Source of the DNA: Lingula anatina
Lineage: Eukaryota > Animalia > Brachiopoda
NCBI GenBank assembly: GCA_051362555.1
Contig: CM120647.1
Coordinates: 2,108,001 to 2,172,000, forward strand
Length of the DNA: 64,000 nucleotides
Reading direction: 5' to 3'
The position numbers and the translations under genes are program-made. Shown in pieces: positions 36,389 to 50,089 of this stretch (positions are counted from its first letter, which is position 1; every line of letters starts with the position of its first letter). The notes beneath the pieces were generated by a model. It was given only the letters and a program-made list of their open reading frames with translations. It was not told the DNA's origin and made no database searches.

Positions 36389-37449
36389 TCCAGGCCAATT
36401 TCGCACTGCAGTCTGAACATAAAGTCTTTGAAGCCCAAGGACCCAAATAACATTTATTTCGCTTACTGTCCGTAATTTATCTGAGCAAGCTAGGACCCAT
36501 CACACACAGCTAGCTTGCCGAGTTCTGCAGTCAAGCTGGGTTGATGGGTCCTGGAGTCAAGTGAAGAAAAGTGGGGTCTCTAACATGTGGCATTGCATCG
36601 TGTTTTTTTAGTTCGAAAATAGATAGAATGATTGGCGATAGGTACAACTTATTAATTGATATCGAGAAGAATTTTGTAATCATATTCTGTATTCTTTTTT
36701 TCTTAAACTCTAATCACTCCATTTGATTAAACTGTGTCGAGGAGCTTGCTTTGTTTAGTTTTAAAAACACAATTTGTAAAGATTTGCGATAAACGGGATT
36801 CTATCAAATAGCGTCGTTCCCAGCAGTATTTACAGTCTACCCATTAGTATGACGTGAGCGCAGGGAGATAAGTGCTGTGCAAATAGTGTTCTGCTACTTC
36901 ATGAAAAGAAAACTTGGCAGTAAATTTTCGATTTCAGAATTCACGTATACTACCTGAGCTAGTGCCATGATTTTAATCGTCTTATAACGTCTTAAAAGAC
37001 GCTAACAGCAACGAGGAAGAGATTTTTTGCTGGGGGAGGGATTATTTAATAGACACACATTACCCCAGTGCTTGGACATACGTTCATGGCTGGTTGAAAT
37101 CGAATACAGGCTGAGTTGTTCTTCTATAATATAAGTAAACACTGTGTTCGTATTATTTGTTTAATGGCACGAAGAAGCCGTAATACCCAAAACTGATCTT
37201 GTCGACTTGTTCAACTCTCAAGTGGTCGTAAGCCTTGAGAGAAATGATCGTGCTCTTTAAGTTTTTTTCGTATCTTACGATTTTGTATCCAACATATCTA
37301 CACAAACCTCCAAACTGATAAAATCTATATATATATTTCATGTCTATTTATGGAGCAAAGAAAATTTATGGTGTCACCTGCATTCGGCCCGATATTTGCA
37401 CCTTTTTACTCAGAGGCACATAAGCGCTCGCGTTAACACAAATACAACC

Positions 37450-37510
<61 letters not shown>

Positions 37511-38287
37511 ACATACATGAACACACGTACACACAGTTATGTTCATACCACAAATACACATACAAGTAAACATACCCATGCATATACAACATCTGTTTTA
37601 ACACTAGACATTTATCATGACTGTTTAGCTATGTGCTTCCGTATAGTATTTCCAAGTGCACTTTATCAGTAACGCGCACACGCGCAAGCGCGCACGCACA
37701 TGAAGGCAGCAGTGCACGCACACTCATTGACATCACTTTCTTTGTGTCAGGCAGTCGGGTGCCATCCATCCCGTCAACCGATGTAGGACATTTCATTCAC
37801 ATGTTTTGTACATGTATAAAAATAGCTTTTCAGAACAAATATGAACATTTGACATTTTAGAAAGAAGGGCAGTGTTTTGAGATGTCAGTTCAGTTGTTGT
37901 AAATGAGGGAAGTTGGTACTTAATACATTTCCCCTTCACTGCTTCTGAAACTAGTGTTTAGTACAAGAAAATTGACGAAAATTAGACTGATACGTAATCG
38001 TGATTACTTCAACTACAAATGTTAAAGGGTTAGGGTCAAATTGGTTTTTTAAAAAAATCTTTTTAAAAGTTAAGCGCCGAAAGCACGTCACGCACGGATG
38101 ATCTGTTAAAAGATATGCCATGCGTCATTTCGCGTTAAGAAAATAAACAGAAGAACAGAACAGAAACATTCTGATGTGAAAACCTTGAATATTGGACGAA
38201 ACAAAGTGCGAAGAAAGAAATGACATAATGACCTTTTTTAGGAACAATGCGGATTGCTGCCACTCGGTACAAGACATCACGCAACAT

Positions 38288-38454
38288 TAGTGGTGGTTCC
38301 AGAGATATTTTCTGATAGTCTTTCAAATTATCTTTGTTGATCCATCCTCCATTTTTGATCGTCTTCCAACAGGACAAATTAGATATCTGTCAATGTAAAC
38401 TTGAAAATCTGACCGTCTTCTGGAAGACCCAGAAGACGACCTAACCCGCCCCTG
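38288..38454 (+). mobile_element. MITE family D
   Basis: Homologous to 4683-4846. Confidence 0.75.
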
Positions 38455-39899
38455 TATGCATATTCTGTGTGTTGGCTTGTTGATTGCAAATTTCCTCTCC
38501 TTGCACTTTACTTTCTAATTCACAGTATTTCGTTAGATACAGTGCAATACGAACATATCACAATTCGCTGGGGGTGCAGTTACCAATACATGTGCTACCG
38601 TGCGAGAATGTGCGTGACTATCAAAGCTGACATGTCTCTCTTTAAAAAAGACACCTACCGTCACGTGTCCTCCCAGACACCTGTTGTTCTCCAGACACAC
38701 GTGTCGCAGTGGTCCACCGTCCTTTATCTATCGCCTGTCCTTGTGTAGTGCCACAGGGATCCAGAACGACGTCTTGTCGTCACTACGTATTACACAGTAC
38801 TACGTTGACAACAACAGCTGGATATACTCACACTCCGAACGCAGCACAGAGTTGTATATATGTACAACATACATGTATGCCGGTGACGGGACTCGGTCGC
38901 CTTAGTTTCTCTGGCGTTAAGAGATATCAAGTCCTTCCTTCATCTACTTGTCACATACATTGTAGCCGTCTGCTACATAATTTACTTCCCTTCATTTATG
39001 AATTCAGAAGCTACCAGAGCTGAGTTTAGCACATCTAAACGACTGTATTCCTTCGGCAATGGACACATAAGTGCACGAACGTTGTTTATTGAGTAAATTT
39101 AAATCTGTTTGCTGCGACACTCTTAATTTAAACCCAGGCGGCGCAGGATTTGGCTCAAGTATCAGCAACGGTATATATTTACTCACCTCAGCAGTGAATG
39201 ACTAGCTGTCATTATCAAGGATTCGTTTGAAAATGTTCAATTTGCTCAACAATCTGTATCACAGTGTAAGCACAGTCCTTTTCAAATGTGCTTGAAGACA
39301 AATTAGCGTTTTTTTTTTGTTTTTTTTTTACAACCCAAGCCGTGGGCCTGCTAAGCAAAGCGAACTAAGCGTTAGATATAGAACAACCTGTAAATTTGAT
39401 AACGTATTAAACTAGGAGTTTATTTTCTGTCAAAAGGCGGGCTTATGTTACAGTTGACAATAATCCATATTGCATTGCAACTGGTGTACGTGTCATTTCA
39501 AATCATCCAGGTAATGTATAAATGGTAGGCAGCTCTTATCTTTTTTTTTCTGCGTGTATCAGAAATAAAACGGTTCTACGTGGCACATGAACTCCTTTTG
39601 GGTCCATCATTTTGATGAAAACATATAGGTTTATTTTGTTTTTATGTTGCTTTAACCAAAGAGATAAAAAGAGCTCTTGCTTTTAACGGATGTGATATGA
39701 GCGTTTACTTATTAGACCACCCCACACAAGGGACACGTGAGAAAAGAAGCAACCCAAACACTCTTTTCCGTCCTGTTATTTGTGCCTTTCTGTCCCCGCC
39801 ATGAGTGAGTGTAATTCGACCATCTGATACGTGTTTGTGCTGGAGTAAATAGTTTTATCTTACGTCCTCACAATCATCTCACAAATGAAAATTCCCTTG

Positions 39900-39903
<4 letters not shown>

Positions 39904-39955
<52 letters not shown>
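39904..39955. repeat. (AT)n microsatellite
   Basis: Directly visible. Confidence 0.95.
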
Positions 39956-39957
<2 letters not shown>

Positions 39958-40426
39958 AATTTACTTCTTTTGATATTACCTGCACCATTTTTGTACATCA
40001 ATGTCTAGACAGCGTTGTACAAATTCATTTTAATCTTAATCTCCAAAAAACGTTTCTTCATCACCAACCCCTTGGTTGAACCATACTGTTCCTAAGATTT
40101 AAGATTAAAACATTTCCTTGGCCTCAACGTTCCCTTCTAATTCTGTAAAATCACACTGCAGCACATTGCATATAATTCTAATATATTTTAAACAACTTTA
40201 TTTTAAACAACTTCGGCTGCCTATACTTATACATGTGATCTTGACGTGCGTTTGACCAGCTCACCTAATGCTGCAGTATTCCGTGTGTTTATAAGGTTTA
40301 ACAACATGTAATGATGTATCATCATAGATCTCATTTCTAGGCGTTTCTATGCGTTGGCCCTATTGCATATTTGCCTCCCTCACCCCCCCCACCCCCCCCC
40401 ACCCCCCCCCCCCACCCCCGGGAACC

Positions 40427-40560
40427 TACCCTCTATCAGGGCTGCAGTTATTATTATGTGGTAATTTTCGGCTGACTTCAACCCAAAATGACCATCTATC
40501 TAGCTAGAGATATATCTGTGAATATCTGTAAAAATCTTCCAGTCGCCCTGGTAGAGGGTA
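40427..40560. mobile_element. MITE family B, diverged
   Basis: TACCCTCTATCAGGG ... GTCGCCCTGGTAGAGGGTA; TSD not preserved; another solo end near 41060-41090. Confidence 0.7.
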
Positions 40561-41859
40561 GAGAATAACCATGAATTCAACCAAATACACATCTGTGAAT
40601 GTGTAGTGAAAATCAATGTCGGTTACCCAAAAATTACTGACCGATTTGGCAGAATATATACATGTATTATCCAATACTCAAGTTACTCTACCTGTCTCAA
40701 AAAGGAATTGCTTAGTTGGCTCTACGAGCCTCTCTTCAATTATTAATCTCATTATGTTGCAATTTAAATTTTATATTTACTTAAGGTGTTCACAGGGTAA
40801 ACCAACATTAGGAGGTTTGATTTCATCGCTTAGATATCTGGTGAAAACAGATAAGTCACTCTGTCCGAACAATTCAAATATAATTAAGTTATTTTCAATC
40901 TGAATATTTAGCGTACGACGATGTAATCAATTAAAAAGTGTCATAGTACAACATCTCTTATGTGTGAGTGTGTGAGCGAGTGCTATTCCCTTCTTTCTTT
41001 TTGTATTTTCATGTATTCGTGATGTATTGTGTCACTAAAAGATATAAAAAAGGAAAGAAAAAATCCATCTGTGGCCCTGGTAGAGGGTTACCCCCCCCCC
41101 CCTTCCTCTGGTCATCTGTTTTTAGCACTGTGCAAGGCAAACCTTGTCACATACGGGATAACTCTGTGAAAGTTGCAGCACACACGAATGAAATACTCTT
41201 AGTATAGCCTTCCCGGATTATTTTAAAAAGGAATTATAGACATTTTTGTTAAATTATAACTGAAATTTTATGACTCTAAAATGTTTTATAAACATTAATG
41301 GGCTTTTTTAATTAATGAAATAACGCGTACGGACTTTTAATTCTGCATAATTTGCATGAAATTTTCTTTTCCTTTCTTTTTCTTATCTTTTCATTGTAAA
41401 GTATATTGAACATAGTCGGATTTAACACTTTAAGTAAACAATAAGTGACTATATTCTAAGCAAAGGCACAAGAAAATGGATGTGGATGAAATAATGAGTC
41501 CATGTTGCCACGGTGGAATCGAAACTGGAATACATTTCTTCTCGTGTGTCTTTCGTACCTAAGATTAAAATAGGAACGGGTTATTTGTAATTGCAATATG
41601 AACAGAATGAATATATATTTTGAGAATAATGGACACAAAAGAAACTTTTGTGTTATGCAAAACTGTTTAATTTTTGATAAATGTAAAACAAGATTAGAGC
41701 TTCCAACTTTGGACATACAGTAGAGGTACTTGTAGAAAATATTTATACTGTGACTGTCATGATTTCAATGTGTCACGCGCACTTGTTATTTATTGTTAAT
41801 TGTAACAATTAAAATGCAAACTAATATCAATTGTAATACAAGGACCGGGGCCTATTTAA

Positions 41860-41904
<45 letters not shown>

Positions 41905-42690
41905 TGTGGGTCTGCCGTGCTATGATGAGGGCTAATGTGATTTGCAATGGCGCCTCTCTGAGAAATTACTACCAACACTTATTTTCTGGTTTCTGTGCAC
42001 TGGAGAATTTTTATTGTGCACACCCGGACTCCATACATGTAGTTGAAGTACCTAATGGTAATAATACTTTATTCCAAAATGTTGTTATGATTTACTAAAT
42101 AAGTAATTATGAAAATGAAATATTTTGTTTTAAAACTATAACACTGTCGTGTTATATAACCTTCCGTCCGAGAAGAGTTTTGCTCCGTCCAAATCAATAA
42201 CGAAGAGTAAAAGTAATAATACGTTTATACTACTAGGTTTTATTTCCCTCAGAAAGACTTTTCATGAAGAGGAGATGGTAAATGAAAAGAATAGAGGTCA
42301 TTACACTAGACTTCGTTTGCATGACAGTCACCGCTTTCTATTCTGTCCAAATCCGGTAATTCTTCATCGCTCCTGCTATCTGGGCGGCGTTGCGTTGGTT
42401 GTGTGTGTTTGTTGGTTGAGTGTTCTTTCCGACGGTGGCTGGGTCGCTATCTACTTCTACTACGGGGTGTTTACAGGGGGTTGCGGGGGTCGTGGCGGAC
42501 GCACCCTAGTTGGTAGATTTAGCACCTGGTTTTGATGGCACCTGGTTTTGAGGATGAGACAAAGTATCTTCCACGTCTTTGTGTATTAAGTATAAAGTAA
42601 TAAAGAGTCTGTTCTCCACAAGAGATCGGTTCGCAAGTCTTTGATTATCATGCCAATAGGTGAACCGGTGGTAGTATATTTACAAGGACG

Positions 42691-43014
42691 TTATGCATAG
42701 GAGCGTCTATCTTCCCACCTCCTGGGCGAGCATACCCCCTCCCTTCTAGACTATATATTATACATAGGAGCGTCCATCTTCCCACCTCCCTGGCGAGCAT
42801 ACCCCCTCCCTTCTAGACTATATATTATACATAGGAGCGTCCATCTTCCCACCTCCCTGGCGAGCACACCCCCTCCCCTCTAGACTATATATTATACATA
42901 GGAGCGTCCATCTTCCCACCTCCCTGGCGAGCACACCCCCTCCCCTCTAGACTATATATTATACATAGGAGCGTCCATCTTCCCACCTCCCTGGCGAGCA
43001 CACCCCCTCCCCTC
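42691..43014 (-). repeat. 67-bp tandem repeat (~4.8 copies) of the fucosyltransferase C-terminal codons and stop
   Basis: CATAGGAGCG recurs at 42696, 42763, 42830, 42897 and 42964. Confidence 0.95.
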
Positions 43015-44594
43015 GCCACCATTGGTCAAGGTTCTTATACCACGTGGGTTTTCTCTCTCCCACCTCCTGCATCTTCCTGCACAGTCGGCACCAGAAGAAC
43101 GTGTTCACCGAATGAAAGGAGCTCTTCCAGCGGAAATACTCGTTGTAAAGATCGTCATTTTTGTCGAGTTTGTGCAGATATTCAGCCAAAACCTTGGGGC
43201 TTTTGAAGTCATCCACGTTGATATAGGAGTGCGGAGGTGCTGCCCTCTTGTAGTCGTCTGGGCGACCCCCCATTGTGATTGGTATGACGTCGTGCCTAAA
43301 AAAGGATTTCGTAAAATACGTGTTATAGGCAGTTTCGCCCAATGTCTTCTCACGTTTACAGACAGAGATGGAAGTATGTGAGACAGAAAAGGGTGGGGCG
43401 TAGAATGGCGGACAGGGTTAAACAAAGACAATTAGCACGTAGGACGGACAAAAAGGGTAAAAATGAGAAAAAGGGCGGTACATACAAAACAACCACAATA
43501 GTTAAAGGGAATAAAATCATTAGAACCTTACATTTTATGCAAATATAATGTACTCGTAGGTACTCTGCAGAGGATAGTCAGGGAAGTTTTTGCAGTTTTA
43601 CCGCACATGTGCGCTGTTATGCTTACTAGTATACAAAAAAAACGTTTAACATGTATCTTTCCGAATCAAGTGAAAGACGACGTGGGCAAAAATGAGATTC
43701 GTCTTTGATGTTGGCAGAAACACACGACAAGTTATTTTTCCAGCAACGATCTGTCACCTTTATCCTATAAACATTTATTGGGATCCAGATTGATTAACCT
43801 TACCCTAAACCATTCAAAAAGAACTTCTCAGTGATGTAATCTCTGCAGTTCGAATTTTCAAACGATAAATAAAACTTGTAGTCCCTGTCCAAAATATCCA
43901 GGCAATGGGGGTCTTCCTTTGAACACGTCTTAATACCACATCCCCCGTAAATGTCCACTGGCATGTGTTTATTTAACTCCTCTGCATATCGTCTCCGGCC
44001 GTTCCTGTCCCCGCCACAGTTGGAGACAAACCAGGCTATTTTCTTAGTCTTCCCCGCCGCATAATTCTTCTTCGTCGGTTTTGGTGTGTTGAAGGCGGAG
44101 TCGTGGCCGGTAGTCATATTACCATAGGGAACATAGGAGCCGTATGGAGCCATGAGTGTGGAGTCGGTCCTGTAACTGACCGTCCAGTTGATTAGGTTGT
44201 TCAGTCCTTCCAGCCTGGGGGTGTGGTGGGGGGACTCCAGCAGGTACAGGATCCAGATCTGGTGCCAGGGTTTGCGATGCCATGGTTTGACGGCCTGACC
44301 CATTAGAAGGATGGCGTCTGCCTTCGACGCCATTGCCCTATCCGCTGTCACGAAGCAGTTCTTAACAGGGCAGTCATCTGCGTTGAATTGTTCCTGTCCC
44401 CCCTGCATCCCCGCCGGTAAGCCGGTGTACACCAAAATAAGCTTGAGTCCCGCGGAAGAGGCGGCAAGGGCGTCATTTTGGTATAAGTTCACGGTCTGTC
44501 TGCCTCCGCTATACGATTTGATATACGTCCAACTTACAACGAGAAAACATGTCAAGGAGATGCCATACACTATCCGCTTCAAGTGGCACCTCAT
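42959..44594 (-). CDS. Alpha-1,3-fucosyltransferase (CAZy GT10, FucTA-like), 375 aa
   Basis: Exons 44594-43804 and 43295-42959 (GG|GTAAGG ... TTTAG|G; 1128 nt). N-terminal TM anchor IVYGISLTCFLVVSWTYI; motifs ESP, NWTVSYRTDS, AWFVSNC, YKFYLSFENSNCRDYITEKFF, YNEYFRWK. Confidence 0.93.
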
Positions 44595-46554
44595 ATGCTG
44601 CAACGATATAGTCACTCGTTAATATCAACCAGGTGTATTGAAGGCGGTGACTGAGCCCTGTGCTGTTATATTCTAGACCTACTGTAATCCTGTTACCACC
44701 GCTACTCAAACTCTGAAGCGTGATCTGTTCAGTGTGAAGATATCACCCGATCAACTAGCCGTCCATGGGCTGCTGGACACACTGCTGCTCTTGGAATGCG
44801 GTCTTTTACAGAGGTATAAATCCTTTATAACGGCGTTAAGCCTCCATGTTCAACATGTCAACAAAGAGAGGAGTAATTGGGTCACGAACAGCGCGACACT
44901 GACCCAGTACGCAAGCGCATTTATCCAGGTACACAAAATTGTTTATTTCACCTGTCTGAAATTGCGTCCGCGATTCAAGCTATCGTCTACGCTGCATTCC
45001 ATATGACTGAATTAAGAACGGCAATGTGTAACGTTAACAAAAAAATAACACACACGGAAAAAGAATAAGGGCGCAATTACAACTGTGTGCGTTTTCCTTG
45101 TATTTTACATATATTAATAAAAAGAACTCTATTCTAATCCACTCTGTTCATACTTCAATATTTCACAGCCACCAAGCGTTCTATGCGCTGTTTGTATAAC
45201 AACAATGCTACCCCGGCCACCAGGTGAAGTTTTCTATTTACTTATTGAAAACCGGGGTACTGTAGTAGCGGTCGTCGCCCGCTCTATGCAGATAGGTAGG
45301 AGCGCTGTAAGGGAATCTCAGCACGTGAAGGGTTACATATGCATGCCGTACACATAAAACATTTGTACGTACAGGTATATGACGGGGACTCCATGCACGA
45401 CCAGAAGTATGTGTGACTTCAAATGACAACGCACTAACTTAATAATGCGTCATCTAGGTAAGTGCACCGCGTTTAAGTCACATTTATGTAACTAATGATT
45501 TACGTTAATCGCATACAATAATTTTCTGTGTCACGGAGCTACTGGGCACAGGTAAGTATTTAGTTCCGTGTTGGTGTATGTGCCAGTCCATGTGTATATA
45601 TACCCTATGACACCGTCCGTGCCTGTGTGACACCATCTTTACTGGATACTATCGAGGGGACTGACACCTGTGACATCTTTCTCGATGACTTAGAAGATTA
45701 GTGATAGGTTCAAGACAGTATGTTAGCTTTCTATATGTCTGTACTGCACATATTCTTTGACGAGAACTTGTGTGAGACGTCATCTCAGGTGAGCCGGAAT
45801 AATCCCCCGAAAGCTACTAGTATCTGTGGAATACATGTATTGTATAAAGTAAGTATAGAGGCTGGCAAGGGCGAGTCTGGGTGGGTGGGTGGGTGGGGGG
45901 GGGGAGAAGGGGGCGTTCCTGTACTTCGTTTTGGCTGCATCAGACATACATGTACATGTAGTAGAGTTCAGCATAAGATTTTATAATAACAAGGGCAATG
46001 ACCCCACCCATCTACCAATCAGGTCAATCTTTAGCCGAGGCGGTTTTGGGCTTTCTTCTTCGTACTATTTACAGGTCTCAGATCAGTGCTTTCTCTTCGT
46101 TTATGAATGGAACCCGTCCTTGTGTATGGCGTCTCCCTCGTCCGCTCTGTGCGACACAGTGTGAACGCGCGCGCGTGCGTGTGTGTGTGTGTGTGTGTGT
46201 AAGGGGGTAGGATGGGAGGTAACCACTGCTATCCGCTGTCTGCGCCCAGCCTACGTCCCCCACCCCTGTATCACCCACTGGTAGCCCCTAGTCCAGGGTA
46301 CAATACGCCCACTGCATCACTCCGCTGGGTTAAACTCAGTTATCAAGAGTAAACATCCAGAGGGCGTGGTCAGGTTAATGATTACCCAGGGGGTGTACCC
46401 AGTCCTGGCCGCCAGCTAACTTTACCAAGACACACGGCGTGCTCTTATCTCGCTGGGGACGATAGCACAGCTGTAGCAAATGGTTGCTGGATTTTAACGG
46501 TGAAGACTTGCGACAGGCGACAGATGTGTTGTAATTGTGTATAACTGTGCCGCA

Positions 46555-46555
<1 letters not shown>

Positions 46556-46596
<41 letters not shown>
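46556..46596. repeat. (GT)n microsatellite
   Basis: Directly visible. Confidence 0.95.
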
Positions 46597-46600
<4 letters not shown>

Positions 46601-46687
46601 AGTTAACCGTAATTAAATATAGACATTCTTTTATTTATTATATTTTGTGCACTAACGCTGTGCCTGTGTAGCGTTTTGTTGTTTGTA

Positions 46688-46826
46688 CATCAACACGCGA
46701 ATCATGACCAAAGTTCGTTGCGGTGAAGTTCCAAAGAGAACGCGTGTCGACGCGGGTAATATTATGATTTTGCTGGGGGGGGGGGCGTAACGATAAGGGG
46801 TTATAATGTTGTAGGGATGTTAGAAG
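46688..46826 (-). repeat. Interspersed repeat F
   Basis: Reverse complement of 63550-63713 (CAGCAAAATCATAATATTACCCGC...GGTCATGATTCGCGT). Confidence 0.75.
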
Positions 46827-48731
46827 ATCGAGAGTGAGAGTGTTGGACGTAAGGATATTGCTCACTAAACAGTGGTTTAAAATGTAAATTCTCAATCAGC
46901 CATGATAACCCTGTATAAAATACATATATAACTTACTAACTTTATTTAGGTGGAAGGAGAGCATCTGAAATTGCACAGTTTATTGTAAATGAAAGAAATG
47001 TGTACCAACAATTAACATCCACAAAATATACAAAAGTAAAATAGCACAACGAACCACAACTGCAGACCCACAGCAATTTGTGGGTCAGACCTATTATGAT
47101 TTTCGTTGAAAGTTGTGTAAAAGTTGTTAATCAAACCAACTAACTCAATCGAAGCTGCCTCACTTCGCCAGATTGATAGCTAATACAATAACTAGTAAAG
47201 ACGAGTAATTATTTTACGTGTGCACCAGTTTGGTGAAAATGTACATATGGATAAAATTATTTAAATAGGGATGAATTCACAGCTTTAAACACTAAATTAC
47301 AACCTGATATCTATAAAATTAAAAAGATCTCACCATATTAAACAGTAAACTACAGCATGATAACTACAAATATATTATTAAAAATGATAGAGTAACGCAA
47401 ATGGTGCGTGGGAATTATCACAAAGGCGTTCCGCTTTACTTTATGTATAAAGCCAGTGAATAGGAGGTCCTTGAATGATACAGATAGTGGAAATTGCCAT
47501 TGCTTCAACTCAATTTTATTCTTATAAAAAATATTGTGTGAATAATATGAATGACAAAATGTGTTGGGAATGTCTTGAATGTGTTAGAGAAGCTCTACCG
47601 CGGTACTTCAATGCTTGGCGAGGCGTATCTGGTGACAGTCTGGTAACAGTCCATCACGGACGAGTGAAAACCATGGTTGTGTTGACACCAGTTATAACAA
47701 GCTGTAAGTATGGCCTTTATGGCCCGGAAGGAAACGAGACAGCGATCAGCTAAACCGTCGCCGCGGACCGGAGAGATAACCACCCGTTGGGAGGGACCCT
47801 GAACACGTCGACAATTAATAACATACATGCATATATATATATACCACTTAATAATATATTACCCCAGGGAGCTGGGCACTATGGCCTCTCATCTTTGGAT
47901 AACGCGATCTTATAACTGCTACGGAGATTCCCAGGTTCCGTGTCTGAAACTCTGCACACGGAAAAAATGAAACGACTCCATATTGTAACTTAAACGGAAT
48001 ATATTTTACTAAAATAAAAAAAATACATGGTACAATCAAGGTCAAATGTAAGATTCAATCGAGACCCTTCCTCTCTTTCACGGAATTCCTTGATTTTTTT
48101 ATGTACAACTTAAAATGTCAATCAGATAAACTATATTGACTTTGTTTCTAATAAACTTAAACATGTTCTTTAACAAGCAGGCCTCCCTTTCATTACACGT
48201 GTATGTATATAATTAATTAAGAAACAGCTTATTAATTATATACACACATATTCCCAGGAGACTTTCTTCATTAATCTAAAATGTCCATCCAAATATATTC
48301 AGAGACTTTCCGGAAATCAGTTCCGATGCATAACCGGAAATATACATGTGCACGGTAATTTGATATGGAGAAATTACATGTGTATATGCATGCACTGGTC
48401 ATTACTGCCGCCTTATCATGTCACTGATTAGTACTATCTCTTATACAAGATATAACTGTATAATAGCAATGTCACAGTGTTCACTTGACTGGATTGAAGA
48501 CGCGCTTGGAATTTATGGAAATGATGGCTGCGATATACATGTAATCAGTCGATGCTTTCACGTGGACCCATCACAGGCACTTAAGTTAGATTTATCATAG
48601 TAAAAACACTTTTTCTTTCTTTTTTCTGGTCAAAACTTGTGGGAGTTCCTTTGTCGTATTAACTGCTTTTTTTTTTACAGTCCGCCATTTATATTTACAA
48701 ACTTGACGGTTAGTGCAATTACCAAGCAGCC

Positions 48732-49862
48732 TCACGCAGAGCTAATGACAGTAGAAGTGGACGCTGTTGTCTCTGTAGTGGACGCTCTTTGTCTGCTCAG
48801 GCAGTGATCATCATTTTCAGCACTCCCAGTTGGTGTGTCAGCTTTCCAACAACGATAACGAATACACTGCATAAAAAATTTCACCAACTCGTCTCGAAAA
48901 ATCCGAGCCGACGCGACATAAAGAAAAAAGTTAGTATTGTGATTCAGCAAACTTATCAGGAACAATATTGACCAAATGAAGTTATGTTCTGTGGAAGTGA
49001 TACTGAAGGAAGTAAACCCATCTACGGCTACCCGGTAGATTTGGAAGATTACTAAAGGCCCAGTGATCACGACGAACGCTGTCAGTGTCGTTAACAATAG
49101 AATGTTCACTTTACTGTTTGTTGATTCCTTGCCAGCACTGCGCTGCTTTTGACCGGTCAGTTGCCGCCTTAAAGAATGACTCTTCCTCAGCTTCCATACG
49201 ATAGCGACCGTCATCGCAGTAATGGCGATTGCGATTGCGAACCACAGTGTATACTCTAAACCGGTGAATATATAAAGTAATGTTGTTGATGGTGCGTAGC
49301 ATAATGTTATATTTGGAGAAGTAAGTAATAAGATCAAAACTGCAAGACCAGAACACGTCAGCAGAGCTTTCCGTCTCGTGCACAGGGAAGTGGCTTGGAG
49401 TGGTTTGAAGATTATTATAAGTCTCTCTACAGTTAGCGCTAATATGTAGACGAAGCAGAGCAAATAGAATGCGCTTTTCAAAATAATCGCTATGACAACA
49501 AAAGCTTCACACGACAGTTTCAGTCTGCTGGTGAACACGATGCATTCCCACGACTGCTGCAGGAGACGGAGCTGGTCCGCGCCGGCAAGGAACAGGATGT
49601 AAACGAAAGTGGATTTCTGTCTAAGACTCGGACGTCGAAGAACCACCAGGAAGGTGAGGAAGTTACCAACCAAACCAATGGCTGTCAGGGCGTGCACAGT
49701 GTTACAAAAACAGGTCCTCCCGGCCAGCCAGCATTGCTGCTCGGAGGAGAGCTCGGCATCGTTCACGTTGTCCAAACCATACCTGCTTAGATTGCCAAGA
49801 GAGGCGACGCTGGAGTTGCTGGTAAAATTACCAACTTCGGTCTGAATATCAACCTTATCCAT
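48732..49862 (-). CDS. Intronless class A (rhodopsin-like) GPCR, peptide-receptor-like, 376 aa
   Basis: Seven hydrophobic segments; GLVGN (TM1), STFVYILFLAGAD (TM2), LTVERL (DRY variant), P in TM6, NHNTNFFLY (NPxxY variant), helix-8 IFRDEL; N-terminal N-glycosylation sequons; Ser/Thr-rich tail. Confidence 0.92.
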   Translation of the reverse strand: MDKVDIQTEVGNFTSNSSVASLGNLSRYGLDNVNDAELSSEQQCWLAGRTCFCNTVHALTAIGLVGNFLTFLVVLRRPSLRQKSTFVYILFLAGADQLRLLQQSWECIVFTSRLKLSCEAFVVIAIILKSAFYLLCFVYILALTVERLIIIFKPLQATSLCTRRKALLTCSGLAVLILLLTSPNITLCYAPSTTLLYIFTGLEYTLWFAIAIAITAMTVAIVWKLRKSHSLRRQLTGQKQRSAGKESTNSKVNILLLTTLTAFVVITGPLVIFQIYRVAVDGFTSFSITSTEHNFIWSILFLISLLNHNTNFFLYVASARIFRDELVKFFMQCIRYRCWKADTPTGSAENDDHCLSRQRASTTETTASTSTVISSA

Positions 49863-50089
49863 TGTACATGTGTTGCCTTCAAGTAATTGATTCCCTCCCC
49901 CTTGGTGGTAGACGACGCAGTAATAGCCGGTTCGTAGAAAAGATCATGAAATAAGCGAAGCTGGTAGTAAGAGTATATCACCAATCCTCATCGTAGGTCT
50001 AAAGCCCCTACTCTCGACACTTAATGACTTTGTGCGATCTGATTGGTCGAGGTGAGCTGAATATGGAAGTATATACCCCGCCTCCACCC

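Noticed and set aside
42149-42535. 128-aa ORF with a hydrophobic stretch
   Set aside because: Non-ATG start, no family motif, partly a G-rich repeat remnant downstream of the fucosyltransferase.
44595-44615. ORF-track start of the fucosyltransferase at 44615
   Set aside because: It is a GTG codon; the first ATG is at 44594 and gives a typical short cytoplasmic tail before the TM anchor.
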